Positions 38,051 through 50,309 of a stretch of DNA of 64,000 bases are shown one piece after another (the first letter of the stretch is position 1; each line of letters starts with the position of its first letter). This DNA comes from Vicugna vicugna (lineage: Eukaryota). The notes beneath the pieces are model-generated. The model ran no database searches, had not been told where the DNA came from, and saw only the letters and a list, made by a program, of their open reading frames with translations. A program made the translations under genes and the position numbers. The stretch lies in NCBI GenBank assembly GCA_013265495.1, contig MU058337.1, positions 6,492,716 to 6,556,715 on the forward strand, read 5' to 3'.

Positions 38051-40189
38051 AATAGAGAGAGAGAGAGAAAGAAAAAAAAATGATTCTTGTCAGAAAAAAT
38101 AGAGAGAGAGCTGTATCCTGGTCCCTGGTAGAGAAATGTGCTTCGATTCTTTGCCAGTTGAGGAGTTTTGGTGCTTCTGCGGAGAGGGAAGGGAGGACAG
38201 GGAAGGGAGGACAGGGAAGGGGTGTCTGTCTCTGTTTTATTTATCCCTTTGAAAGCCCGCCATTTCTATAGGATCTAAACAGTTTCTTGGACCACCCTTC
38301 CTCAGGAAGTAACTGGCCACCAAAGCCCAGCAAACCTCAAAACTGCCGGAAATCTTAAGAAATTACGAGGTAGATCTCCTGTGCCCTAGTGAGCACTGAC
38401 GTCCGGTTTTTCAGCAGGATGTGCTCTGCCTGGGCCACGGGGACACTGATCTGCAGCTCCGCACGTGGCAGAAGTCAGTCTGCAGGGCTGCCTCAGCCAC
38501 ACTCCACCGGGAGCCGCAGCCTGGCTTGGCCCGTCTTGTACCCAGGCCCTGAGCAGCTTTTAAAGCCTGCCTGTGACTGAGGGCCTCATCAGGTTCTGTT
38601 TGATGATGAGAGGGAGTTTGTGGGACAGCTCATCTTCTTGAGGAGAGTTCTGGAACTTTCCTCCCGCCACCTCCCTCGGCATCCCACCCACTAGAGTCTT
38701 GCCCCTTCAGCGCTCACAGGATGCTCACTGATTGCTGGAGCTCCGCTTCCTGCCCCGTGCAGTGCAGGCAAGGAAGGGAAAGGCATGAGCCATGGGGGAC
38801 ACCTTGAGCTGCCCTGAAGTCAAGAGGCCACTTGCCTTTTTCACGGAGCGATAGCAGGAGTCAGTCTCCATCAACAGACACCAACCAATTCATTGTCCTC
38901 CCTTAACCCCCCCACATTCTGTCTCAAGGACAGTTGCCGTTCAACTGCCACATCCTCTCCTATATTTGATTCATGTTTCTATTCACCAGAAAACCAACAG
39001 ATCAGGGCTCCTTCACCAGAAGGTCCCAGTCAATGAATGTTGCTTGGTCAACCTCCACCTGGTCTTCACCACTGTCCCTGGCCTTGGCCAGAGAGGCTCG
39101 GGCTTGCCTCTACCACCCCATCAGCAACCCAAACCCTGCAAATGCACCCCAGGTCAGCTCCTTCTTGCCAGGAGCAAGATTAAGGTACAGCATTGTCCAT
39201 CTCCCAAGGTGTACCTCCTCCAGCAATTCCTCTCCTTCCTTTAGTGGTCACACTGATTTTAACAAAATAGAGTGATATGCTACCCTTTATAATGCATATA
39301 TAGAACACCTATACATTGTGGAAAATCTAGAAAAATTAGGATAAATATTACCAATGCCAAACCACCGTGTCTATGAAACTAGAACATTGAGAGAAGCACA
39401 GGCAAATGTGGCTTATTATGAAATGACATCTTTACCAACTCTCATTGAGCCTTTCATTACTTGCTGATAAAATCTCATATACATTTACTCACACATAACT
39501 TAAAGCAGCCGTAAGATTAAACATTTGAATTTTAAGTATAAGTCAGAATCAAAGTATATCTTACAGGTTTTTCACAGCCTTGAAAGTAGCTATTGTAGCC
39601 CCCAAAAATAAAATGCAGGCTACATCCCCCAGTGGAAGAGGCCAACTCGTAGGCACTGCTTGGGGTCGGCCATTCCTTTCCTCTGGAAGCTGTCACCACC
39701 ACCACGTTGGGGGACGCCAGGGCCTCCTGAGACTATGCTAGGTGGCCTGGGAGCAGCAGGATGTGCCTGGGGAATTGCTGGAACCCTGAGCCTGAGCTGG
39801 GTGTGTGCTCTGAGGCACCCATGCACCTGGGCTTCCGGCCACAGCCAAGGACAAGCGAGGGAGAACAAAGGGGGAGTCCCTACCCACGGGGGCAGCTCCA
39901 GAGCATGGAGTTAGCCACGTCAGTGGAGCAATGACAAGGGTGCTGAGAAGAATGTGCTCCCCAGCTGCTCACACTGATCCTTGGATTTCTTCCCCCAGGA
40001 AACAAAGCTTAATCCACCGTTACTCATATGGTTAAAAACGCAACCATCCTGACAAGAGGTGTAAAAAAAGAAAACTCACACCTGAGGCAGAAATAAACCA
40101 CATAGTGACTTCTTCTGAAATTATGCTTTGGTAAGACTGGGGGGTGTGCGTGGAGAGAAAGCTGAGGTGGGGCACCCAGCTCCTGAGGC

Positions 40190-40193
<4 letters not shown>

Positions 40194-40220
<27 letters not shown>

Positions 40221-40230
40221 CTGTCTGTCT
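40194..40230. repeat. (TG)n microsatellite grading into (TCTG)n
   Basis: About 13 TG units followed by ctgtctgtct. Confidence 0.9.
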
Positions 40231-42904
40231 GCGCACGCGTGCGTGCGCAAGCATCAAGATAAACGTAGAGGCGCACATTTCAGCCAGGTATCAAGTTGTT
40301 TTTAAGTTGTTTTTTAAAGATCGGAAATAAGGGGCCATATTTCTGCACAGCCATTTGTGGGATAAGCTGATGCCTCCGTGAGCTGGGATCTTTTATTAGA
40401 GCTTCTGTCATCATGTACTGTCTCTGCGTAGTGGAGTTGGAGCAAGAGAATTTCCTCTTCAAATTTCTTTCCCCAAACAGGTCCTAAGAGGCGGTGTATA
40501 CCACTTTACATATTTATTAAATAATCAGTGTGGTGTCTTTTATAACAAGTGATGCTTTGTACTGATATACCAAACATACTCTGCCCAATAAAAATACAAT
40601 CTCCACAGTTGCTTTCTTACAACTCTTATGCCAATTCTGAAACCAAACACTACTAATACTGTCAGTTAAATAGGTATCAACAAAGAGGTTCCAAGTAGGT
40701 AAATTAAAAATGAAGTTTCAGTTTCTGGAAAGAAACCATTAACAATGATTGTCTCCAGCGGAGAGAAGTCAGTGACTGGAGGTTGAAAGCAGATTTACTT
40801 TTCTCTTGTATTCTTTGCACATTTTCAATTGTTTACCATGTGCGTGGATTACCTAGTCCAAAAATTTTTTGAGTTAGAATAAGTGAAAATTAAATAAATA
40901 TTCAAAATCTAAATTGAAACTGTGAATACTGACTATCTCTGTTAAAGCACTTTTCCTTAAACCTTCAAAATAAAGGGAAACAAGATCTGCTATTAATAAA
41001 GCCCTCCCTCCTGCACCCCCTGCGTTTCAATAGCCGTGAATAATTCCTTTAAGGAGCAGGGTAAGCATGTGTGGGAGTTAAAAATGCATTTAATCATTTC
41101 CCCCCCAAATTTGACAGAAGTGTGGCAAGGAGGGCCATCTGTTTTGTTTGAATGAGAAATGACCCAGCATTTTGATTTCAATTAGCCTCTTTGTAGCTTT
41201 ATGTTTAAGCTGGTTCCATGGGTAATAGTTCAAACTAAGTGTAGAGAGAAGCTGGCCAAGTTCTGCCAGTGCTGATTTGTTTTAACAACTGTCATTGAAC
41301 ATAGAACAAGTGTACAAGACAATGTTGCTGGATGCACATTAAAATGCAAAATTTTACAGAATCAAAATAGCACGTTCTGGAATCTGAGCACTAAACAAAA
41401 TATTGAAATAGTGTCTTTACATTATTATACCAAACAATTTAAATATTTAAAAATCAATCACATATCATTTAAATTCCTCGTTTCAATCAACAAATATAAA
41501 TCTATTATATGCAAAGTCCTGTTATGCCCTGGGCCTGAATCAAAAATGACGTAAGCTGTGGTTCCTACCCTTGAAAAGTCTGTGATCTATTTGGAAGGAT
41601 TAGCCTGCAAAGTTAAAACAATAATTTGAGTAATATTCAGGACAATAATAGAGGAGCTGTCAAACATCAGTATTTTAAAAATTATTATGAGTTCTGAGGA
41701 TGGAAAGGGAACATTTTAGTCAAAATTTTTACATGTGGAAGGGATCTGCTCATTAGTGGTAGAGCAGGACTGAAATACACCCCATCTGACCCCAACACTT
41801 GTGGCCCTTCCACATCACCTCCGCTCACCTTTACACACACACATCATGGGCAGGAGGCTTACAGAGGTGGGGGTACATCCTCTAGAGTGATCAAAGGTAA
41901 CCCAGTGACACATCCCTGCCTTGATGAAGGCCATCACTCCTGTGGCTCTAGGGAAGCCAGCCTGAATCTAAGCTATAGTTGTCACTGCCTCCCAGGGTGT
42001 GTTTGTCAAAGACACCAGATCCCTGAGCCCCCATTCTGCACAGGTTGACTGCTCAGTTCTTTGATAGATTCACGTAATGGGTCTCAAGGAAGTCATAAGA
42101 ACAGGATGGGGGAGGAGGGGCGTCATTTTTGATGGCAGCTAGTTTGTGCAATCCCCGTAACGACTGATTCACATTTTCCCAGTGCACTCAACTCTTCTCA
42201 GTTCTTACCTTTTGCTTTCTTGATGTCCTGAAAGAAGGTTCTGTGACCTCAGTTCTGCAGCTTCATCAGTTTCTCATCATGTCCCTCCTCAAGCGATTGG
42301 CAAAGTTCTCCAAAGCCACATCATCCAGGGCAGAGGGGTCAGAAGGTGTCCCGAGGCCTGTGGTGATGGCCCAGAAAGGGGACCCTGCATAAGGGTCCTG
42401 GCTCAGTGGCAGTATCATGGGCTGGATTCTGAGTACCCAGCTCCTTCCACATAGGCACTGCTGAAGCAAGAAACAGGCAACTCTCCAATGTGGTGAACCC
42501 AGCCCCATCTGCTTGGTTTACCGCTTAACATGAGACAGTCCCAGTCAACACGCTGCAACACAACTTGTCTGCCTGTGGCATCAGCCAGAAAATCCTAATT
42601 CACACTACTGACTCACCCGCCTATGACTTTCTTTGATAATAATGCTAACCCCAAATCACCCAGCTTACATTTAGGAAGAAAATCAAGACTTGAATTCTAT
42701 GTATACAATGCCATTGATCTTAAGGTTATCAATAAAAACTAGTTTTTAAAAAGGGAGTGCTAATCCTCCAATCTATCACTTTTAGACAAATTTTCAACAC
42801 TTTTCAGGGAAATTAAAGACCGATGATTATAGTGCTTTTTATTTATCATGGTCAAGACCATTCATGTGGCTTAGACTGCTTTTTGCTAAAAATATCCAAA
42901 GGAC

Positions 42905-43006
42905 ATGCTCCACTTTGGCAGCACATATACTGAGATTGGAAAGACAGAGAAGATCAGCATGGTTCCCGCCAAGGATGACACGCAAATTCACAAGGTGCTC
43001 CATATT
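42905..43006 (+). pseudogene. U6 snRNA processed pseudogene (near full length, diverged)
   Basis: atgctccactttggcagcacatatactgagattggaaagacagagaagatcagcatgg...caaggatgacacgcaaattc...ccatatt aligns end to end with U6 (ACAGAGA box kept) but with many substitutions, several at CpGs. No T-run terminator; decayed A-rich tail follows. Confidence 0.92.
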
Positions 43007-45659
43007 ACAAACAACAACCCAAAGGAAAGAACAGCACTTTAAGGAGCATGTGTTTTCTTCTTTATAAAACAATTCATTATTAATGAGAATGTTAACTGTA
43101 TCAGTGGGTCAAAGAATGAAAGGGAAAAAAGATAATCAAATGTAAGAACAAAGACGTGAAGTTCAAATGAGCAGGCTGAAGGAATCCAGAATTTCAAAAG
43201 GTAGAAGAATGTGCAGAAACAATGATTTCTAGTGTTTAGACTGCAGATTACATAGTTAAGGAGATAAAAAAACAAGTTTGATTCTATTAAGGCATAAATA
43301 TCTGAGAAAGCGTATCTTCTACATATGGGTCTCATTGTAGGTCATTATATATAGGAGAAAAATACAAATACAGAAAATATTTTCTTAATGATCTAAATTT
43401 ACATATTAATGACATACCAGAATGTCCTGCTAGCCGTAGGAGGTAAGAAATTCATTCTGTTAACAGCAGTTACTTATTCTGTTCATTGAAAACAAAAAGC
43501 AGGCCTTTACAAAGCCTTCTAAAATGAATCACTTAAAGAACATCTTCAAGATCTGTAATGCTTTATAATTTTTAAAGTGGTTCATGACTCATGGCATTAC
43601 ATAATTTTAGCTAGGATATGTAAAAATATGAGGTATTGATACCACAAATTTAAGGTACTGGTAATTTTCAAGTTAAACATCCAATAGAACAAAGTAACCA
43701 GATGCTCATTTATGACCACATAGCAACTTCACAGAAGCTTCGTACCTCATATAGTATGATGCAGAGAAAGGTCTACATTCACAATTCCCCAGTCACTCCT
43801 TCCAATTAAAGCACTGCTTATAGAGCACAAAGCTTAAAGTGCAAAATAAATAGCATTATCAACCAAGATTACATACTGGCATTGCTTAGATATCACATCA
43901 GCCAAGCATAGGGACACTTAGAAAATGACATAACTAGGTAAATTCTGAAGTGACAAGAAAAGGAAAAAAGATTCAGAAGACCAGTGACTGCCTTCCGTGT
44001 TTGTGACACCATGGCAACCAAGATGAGTAAGACAGAGCCCCTGTCCCCAAAGGGCTTGTTCATAATCTTAGTCGGGGGAGGGGGCACAGACACCTGATAA
44101 ATAACTGTGCATTGTGAAGTATGAAGGAAAAGATCTTTATTAATGAGGGTTCTTAAAAACCTTTCCAAACAGCTGAGGTTCTTTGGTTGTTTGAGCAACT
44201 GTGGTTATTTCAGAAGCAGGACTTCTACAAAGCTAGACCAGAAAAAGCCCTTTATCCTCCGTGGGCTGTAATTCACAATAGCTCAGAGAAGCCCAGTCAC
44301 AGGGCTCAGACCACAGTGCAGCCCAAATGTTCTTTTCCCGGGGTGCACTCAAACTAAGGGAAAACGCCTCAGATCCTAACTACTCACCTCACAGGCTGTA
44401 ATCAGGATGCTTTTTTCCTGGAGAACTCCCTGAACAAATCACGGCAGGTGACTCTTCGAGAAGTCGTGACCAAAGTCTCAGAGAAGAGTCCGGCTCTTCC
44501 ACTGCCCTTCTTACCTCTGGTCTTGCCGCCCGTTTCACTGTCTCCTTCCTCATCCTTCCTCCCTCCTAAAGTCTTTTAATACTTTCAGTTTATTTTTCCA
44601 ATTGCCTTTCCACAGCTTAAGTGTGAAATATGGTTAAAGTATAAAGAAAAAGAAAAGTTGTATCAAAAGAGTAAGCTGACTGTTTTGGAAACCACTAAGC
44701 TAATTGTTCACTGAAGGAAAAGAAAAATCGAAACTTAACTCTAACCAACAAAACTGGCCTAGTATCTAAATCCAGAGTTTTTTTAAATAAACTCTTTTCT
44801 TTGTTTAGTCAACCAGCCTATCTCACTGGTACTTTAATAGTATTATATATAAAAAACTAATATACTGCAAGAGACAGATAAATTTGAAAGGAGTTTTCTA
44901 TCTTAAACCATCTATGTAAGAAGTTAACTAGAGCTTGTTCACTCTTCAGAACAGATAGGTCAGTTTTTTTTTTTAATGTATAGCAACATAAAATCATTAA
45001 GAGCCCACCAACATCATATGAGGAACAGCTAGTAATTTTACAAGTTCTGCAAGTTTAATGACATTATCTGATTTCCTCTTGTAAGCTGCGAGCACTGAGC
45101 CCCTAAAATACAAGACATATATTCTCATACATATAAGCAGACTGTTTCTGAAATCATCCCCAACTTCTCTATTCCACATAAATGGATTTCAATTAGAGGA
45201 ATGTGAGAAAGTTATTTCTTAACTCTAAGAAATAAAATTGTGCAATCCAAATTAAGACAGCGTAATCATAAAGAGGAAGACTTGCTAGTCTTTGTCAATG
45301 TATATAGGTCATAAAAACCGATTTTTTAAAAAAAAATCAAAAATACTGTATTTTGAAAAACAGGTCAAAAATATGAAATCCTTAATGGCAATGCAGTAAG
45401 GCTCATATTAACTACTATATTTACATCAATTATCTGGCTAGATATACAAGACTGAAATTTCTGTTACTGCCTATTAGGGAATAATATAGTTTTGTTACAA
45501 AGCCCAGGAGACTGGAATTTCATTTAGATCAAAACTCCTAAAAGTATTACACTAATAAAAATCAGTAAAACCTGATAAAATAGTATAAATCATTTTAAAA
45601 CACCACTGGTAAATAGACATATTTACAGAATCTTTGTGAATATACAACAGGTAATGATG

Positions 45660-46287
45660 CAAAGAAGACATTTTTACAGTATTTATTAAGATAACAAATT
45701 TATAAATTGAAAGACTCAGAGGCACATAGTTTAAAAGGCCAATACCATGGGAATAATGAAGTCAACACAGAAAAGATATGAACAGTTGCAACCAAGACAA
45801 GATTTTTTTTAAAAGCCACATACCCCCAATACACATCATACGAATCATCCTTCAAAATTACCATGATAAAAAGTTATTTCCTTCAAAGAAAAATAATTCT
45901 TTCCACCTACCGAGCCTAGAAAACCCTATTTACAATGAACTGTCCTGTATTTATTTCATCAGCATTGTTTAACATGGCCTCCTCTATTTTGCCATTAGAA
46001 GTATTGAAAATTTTATAGCTATTGTATTTACAAATGCACATAGTATTTTAATTTGCTCTTCACTGAGGACAACTGAATACATACTTAATCAAATCACAAT
46101 ACAAATGTTTTAGTGTTGAGAACACATTTTGTGGGGACAGGTGTATTTGAAGAGGTGTGTTTAGAATTATGTTGTTCTGAAAGATTACTAGGCCAATAAG
46201 TCTGATAAAACTCAAGGTAGCCACAAAAACAGGTCTTTGTTGATGAATTTAATTTATTTCTGTTTTAACTGGACACACTGGGCTTCT
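45660..46287 (-). other. TM9SF2: TM9SF2 3' UTR (minimum likely extent) with polyadenylation signals
   Basis: AT-rich, repeat-free sequence after the stop. Minus-strand AATAAA at 46258-46253, 45955-45950 and 45687-45682; the last is followed by U/GU-rich sequence. The true 3' end is inferred. Confidence 0.65.
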
Positions 46288-46355
46288 TCAGTCAACCTTC
46301 ACCACACTGTATATTTTGGTGACAAACCAAAAGCATGCAAAGAAGCCAATCGTTC
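46288..46355 (-). CDS. TM9SF2: TM9SF2 last coding exon (~exon 17) including the TGA stop
   Basis: Encodes (G)TIGFFACFWFVTKIYSVVKVD*. ttttttcttttatAG acceptor; stop at 46290-46288. The C-terminus matches my recollection of mammalian TM9SF2 and ends in the KxD/E Golgi-retention motif known for TM9/EMP proteins. Confidence 0.97.
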
Positions 46356-49300
46356 CTATAAAAGAAAAAAACAAAAATAAACTCCTTTTCAAAGGAAGCT
46401 TCATGATTTACACAAAAAATAGAGACTTAAAATGATTGGTTCCCTAAAAAAGTCACTAAACTATAAATTATTACCTACGAGGAATATTCCATAGACCCAT
46501 AAACTTTTTTGAAAAATAGAGTACTACTACTACCAATCAAATTTCTTACAGAAATAGAAAAAACTTTACATACGATAAGAATACCTAAGCTTTCTACAAT
46601 ACATATTCTTTTTCTTATTACAGGGAAGTGACTAAAATTAAAAGATGAAAAGGATGCCAATTTTTCTTTCCTATTTATGAATATTTTCTTACCACAAAAT
46701 GGAAAACTACTATTTAATTAATTCAACATATGATATGACTAGTTTAAATATCAGAATATCAGATTCATAGAGTAACTACATGGGGGATGCCTTCTAAGTA
46801 TCATAATAGAGAATAATCAGTTTTCAAAGAATTATAATAAAATAACTCAAAAAGATTTCACCAAGTATTAAAAGCCATACGATTGGGATAACAAAGATAC
46901 ACCTCCTCTGAAATGAGAGGTGGTGTGGTGCCAGAGAACAGAGCATCTCTGTCATGAGCTGTGTCTATCATCTTTGGATTAGTCAACTTGGAATCTCCAA
47001 GCCCATTTCTTTATCTTAAACAGAGATAATTTTATTTGCCCTAGATGCCTCCACAGACTATAGAGTAAATGAGATGATTCATGAAAAAATATATATCTTG
47101 ATTTTCAGGCATTTTCATCACTCTAGATTCCAAAAAATCTGAACGCTAGACAGTTGACAAAAATGAGGCTCCAAGGGGTTAAGTAACTGGTAAGAAAAGA
47201 CGAGAACTCAAAATCACTTTTTCTTTAAGTGTAATATTCTTTTAAACTATATCATGCTTAGATTTACCAAACATAAATTCAGAGACTGTTTTGCAAGAGG
47301 ATATATACTGAATTGTGAAACTGCTTAACACATTTTTAAAAACTCAGGCATACCATTTTTCTTCAGGATTACCCCCTGAGAAATAGTCAATAGGTAGGGG
47401 TACAGAAAATACAGAAGGGAATACACATACCCCTTGAGGAAGATTTTAAACCTCATATATTTAGAGTTTCAATGGTTTTCATTACTGTTTTAAATGTAAT
47501 ACAAAGTATTAAAGGAGATTTTCTAAGTCAAGAGACTAAACATGAGATACTACTATGGAAGTTATACATGTTATTACACTCACTCTTACACCATACATGT
47601 ATACACAAAGGATATGTATTTGCAGGACACACAAATATACCTTTTGGATAGTCAAAGGTTCATTATTAAGGCTTGGGAAGAGCTTGGGGTTAATTTCAGA
47701 AAAGTAATGGTGAAAACATAAATATATTTAAACATCCTTACACTTAGCAAGAACTTCAAGATACTAGGAAAAGGTATTTTAAGATGAGAAAAAGAATGTA
47801 TCATCATACTGGCAACATTAAGAAAGTTTATTTTGTCCTTAAAATACTTTAATTATTATTTTTTTGTTCTTAATATGGAATAGATATAATGTACATACTA
47901 AACGTGGCATCTTTCCTTATGTGACAGAATAATTCTTTTGTTTTATAAAATAGATTGACTTGAATAAAGTGGTGTCAGTTTGGAGTCCTGAAATAAATGG
48001 ATGTACCCCACTTTAGAAAAATGCAAGACACTGAACGGGCTCAGCACTCCCATGTAGAGAACCTTGTCCACAAAGTGAAATTCACTAAAAGTTACTGGCT
48101 TAACTGCTTGATTCAATTTAATGTCGTTCCAAAATTTAGGTTATAAAATTTATTTTACTGTAAACAAGTGAAAATATGACACTTTAAAAATCAAGAACAA
48201 TAAAGTTCAGATAATGGTTACATCATCATTATATCATATGCCTGGAAAAACTATAGACATTCACCAAGATCATTATTTTGTATGTAGCAAGGAAGAAATT
48301 ATTCTATATATGCATTTATGGACACAGATGCAGATGCATAAAAACAGTAACTCCTTGTTTCATAGGCTATGAGTGTTTTACAGACCATTTAAGATTTCTG
48401 GCTATGGAACTAAAGTTATCACACAGCACCAAGATATGTTTCCCCACTCCACCCTCGCACACACACCCACCACACTATGTCTGACCAAGGATCTAGAATA
48501 CAGAACTGACCTGAGTGCCTGGAGCTCGTTACACACTGATATAGCCACAGGGGCACTTTAAAACCCTACCTAATTCTCTTAAATATTAACAGATCAGTAA
48601 AAAGTAGAAAAGCTCTAATTTTTAAAAAAGTTTTCTTCCTATTTGGCTCCTATATTCCCTCACACAGCATGCAACACAATCTTAGATAAAATTTTAGATG
48701 TACATTTTTGTGACAAAGGTTCCCTGATTTTCCTTTTTAGTTTAGCCATTCTACAAATGCCACCCAATCACCCACAAGGCTCTGAGATACAGAAAACTTA
48801 TCTAGGTGGACAGAGAAGATACGCATGTAAAAATACCAATATAAATCATACTATATCCCATTAGGTACTTGGATTTTAAAGTGGAGATATAAACTTGCAG
48901 TTTAAAACTTCTAGAATAAGGGATGTCCTATGATTATCTTTTCTTGATATCCTTTATTCCCTGTCTCATCTTGACTTCAACTGTCCAATTTCTACTTATT
49001 CCTACACTTAGGTAGCTAGAGCTTTTTACTCTATTTCTGAAATGAGCAAAAAAAAGGCTGTTCTATTAAGAGATCAACAGGGGAAAACCCTGAGATGTAC
49101 TGGTCCAGGTGCTCCTGTACGCTTAGCACAACAATGAACCCTGTTTTGTTTCTTCCATTCGGTTCTGTTTTCTCACCTTCGGTTTACTGATACTCACCTC
49201 ATTGCGGGGACAGACCAAACCTACGCTTAGCTGCGCTGAGAAATAAATACGGGCTCACTGAGGAGCAGAAGCCTTCGTGGATTTTACGAAAGCAAAATAA

Positions 49301-49357
49301 TTATAATTAATTTGCCTGAAAACTTATTAACTAAAAATAAGTCATTCTAATTCTTAC

Positions 49358-49529
49358 CTGTAAAAAGAAAGAAGATCAAAACCATTATCATGGTATAACC
49401 AAAGTACAGAATTGTACTTGCTGTTCCTGTTATTTGCAGTTTTGAAAAGAAGTAGTGTATTGCATATATTAAGAAATAAACTGCAGTAAAGCCACTAGTA
49501 AGGAATGAACGCCACTGCCAATGATAATC
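49358..49529 (-). CDS. TM9SF2: TM9SF2 penultimate coding exon (~exon 16), 172 nt
   Basis: Encodes DYHWQWRSFLTSGFTAVYFLIYAIHYFFSKLQITGTASTILYFGYTMIMVLIFFLFT(G). ttttccaccAG acceptor, GTAAGA donor. Confidence 0.97.
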
Positions 49530-49987
49530 CTGGTGGAAAAGAAAAAATTGAAGATCAAGAGTTACTTTCCAATTAATAGATAATATGTAGCAGAATAAAG
49601 TTATAAAGGAAACACAGCTAAGTGAAACAGTCTACAAACCTAATTTTCACTATTGATTGCAGTCTCTTTCTCATACAGAACTTTGCCCACTTCCCTCCTC
49701 ACTAAAGGTGCTGAAAAGTACCCCCTATCTTTGATGAAGCTAAAGACTGGCTGAAAATGTACGGAAAAATCTTGGGCAGTCAATGAATAATCAAGCATTA
49801 GGCTATATTTAAAATGTATGCTTCCCAAAAAGAAAAGAAATAAACAGCTTAGTTACATAATTCAAAATTATTACTACTTATCTCATGTTCTAGTCAACTC
49901 TATATATTAGGAAGAAGATTATTCTATTAAGACCTGGCTGAAACCCATTTTTAGCTATTATTAACATAATTTAAATAAGGTACATTT

Positions 49988-50173
49988 TATTTTTTTCTAT
50001 TTTATTTTATTTATTTTAATTTTATTTTGAGTTATAATCAGTTTACAATGTTGTGTCAATTTCCAGTGTAGAGCACTATTTTTCAGTTATACATAAACAT
50101 ACATATATTCATTGTCACATTTTTTCCACCATGAGCTGCCACCAGATCTTGTATATATTTCCCTGTGCTATAT
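49988..50173 (-). mobile_element. L1 3' end, young family, in a TM9SF2 intron
   Basis: (TTTTA)n tail followed by the reverse complement of the same L1 3' UTR. TSD aaataaggtacattt / aaatcaggtacactt at 49973-49987 and 50174-50188. Confidence 0.85.
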
Positions 50174-50309
50174 AAATCAGGTACACTTTAAAAACAGCTT
50201 TTCTTACTTTTACAGAGTGACTTATAGCTTAGTAGGAGATTTTATAAAAGAAAATACTTCACTATCTTGTCTACCCTTTGGAATATGTGAAAAATAAATA
50301 TATTTTAAA

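Noticed and set aside
42905..43006. Functional U6 snRNA gene
   Set aside because: Too many substitutions and indels, no oligo-T terminator, retroposition hallmarks present.
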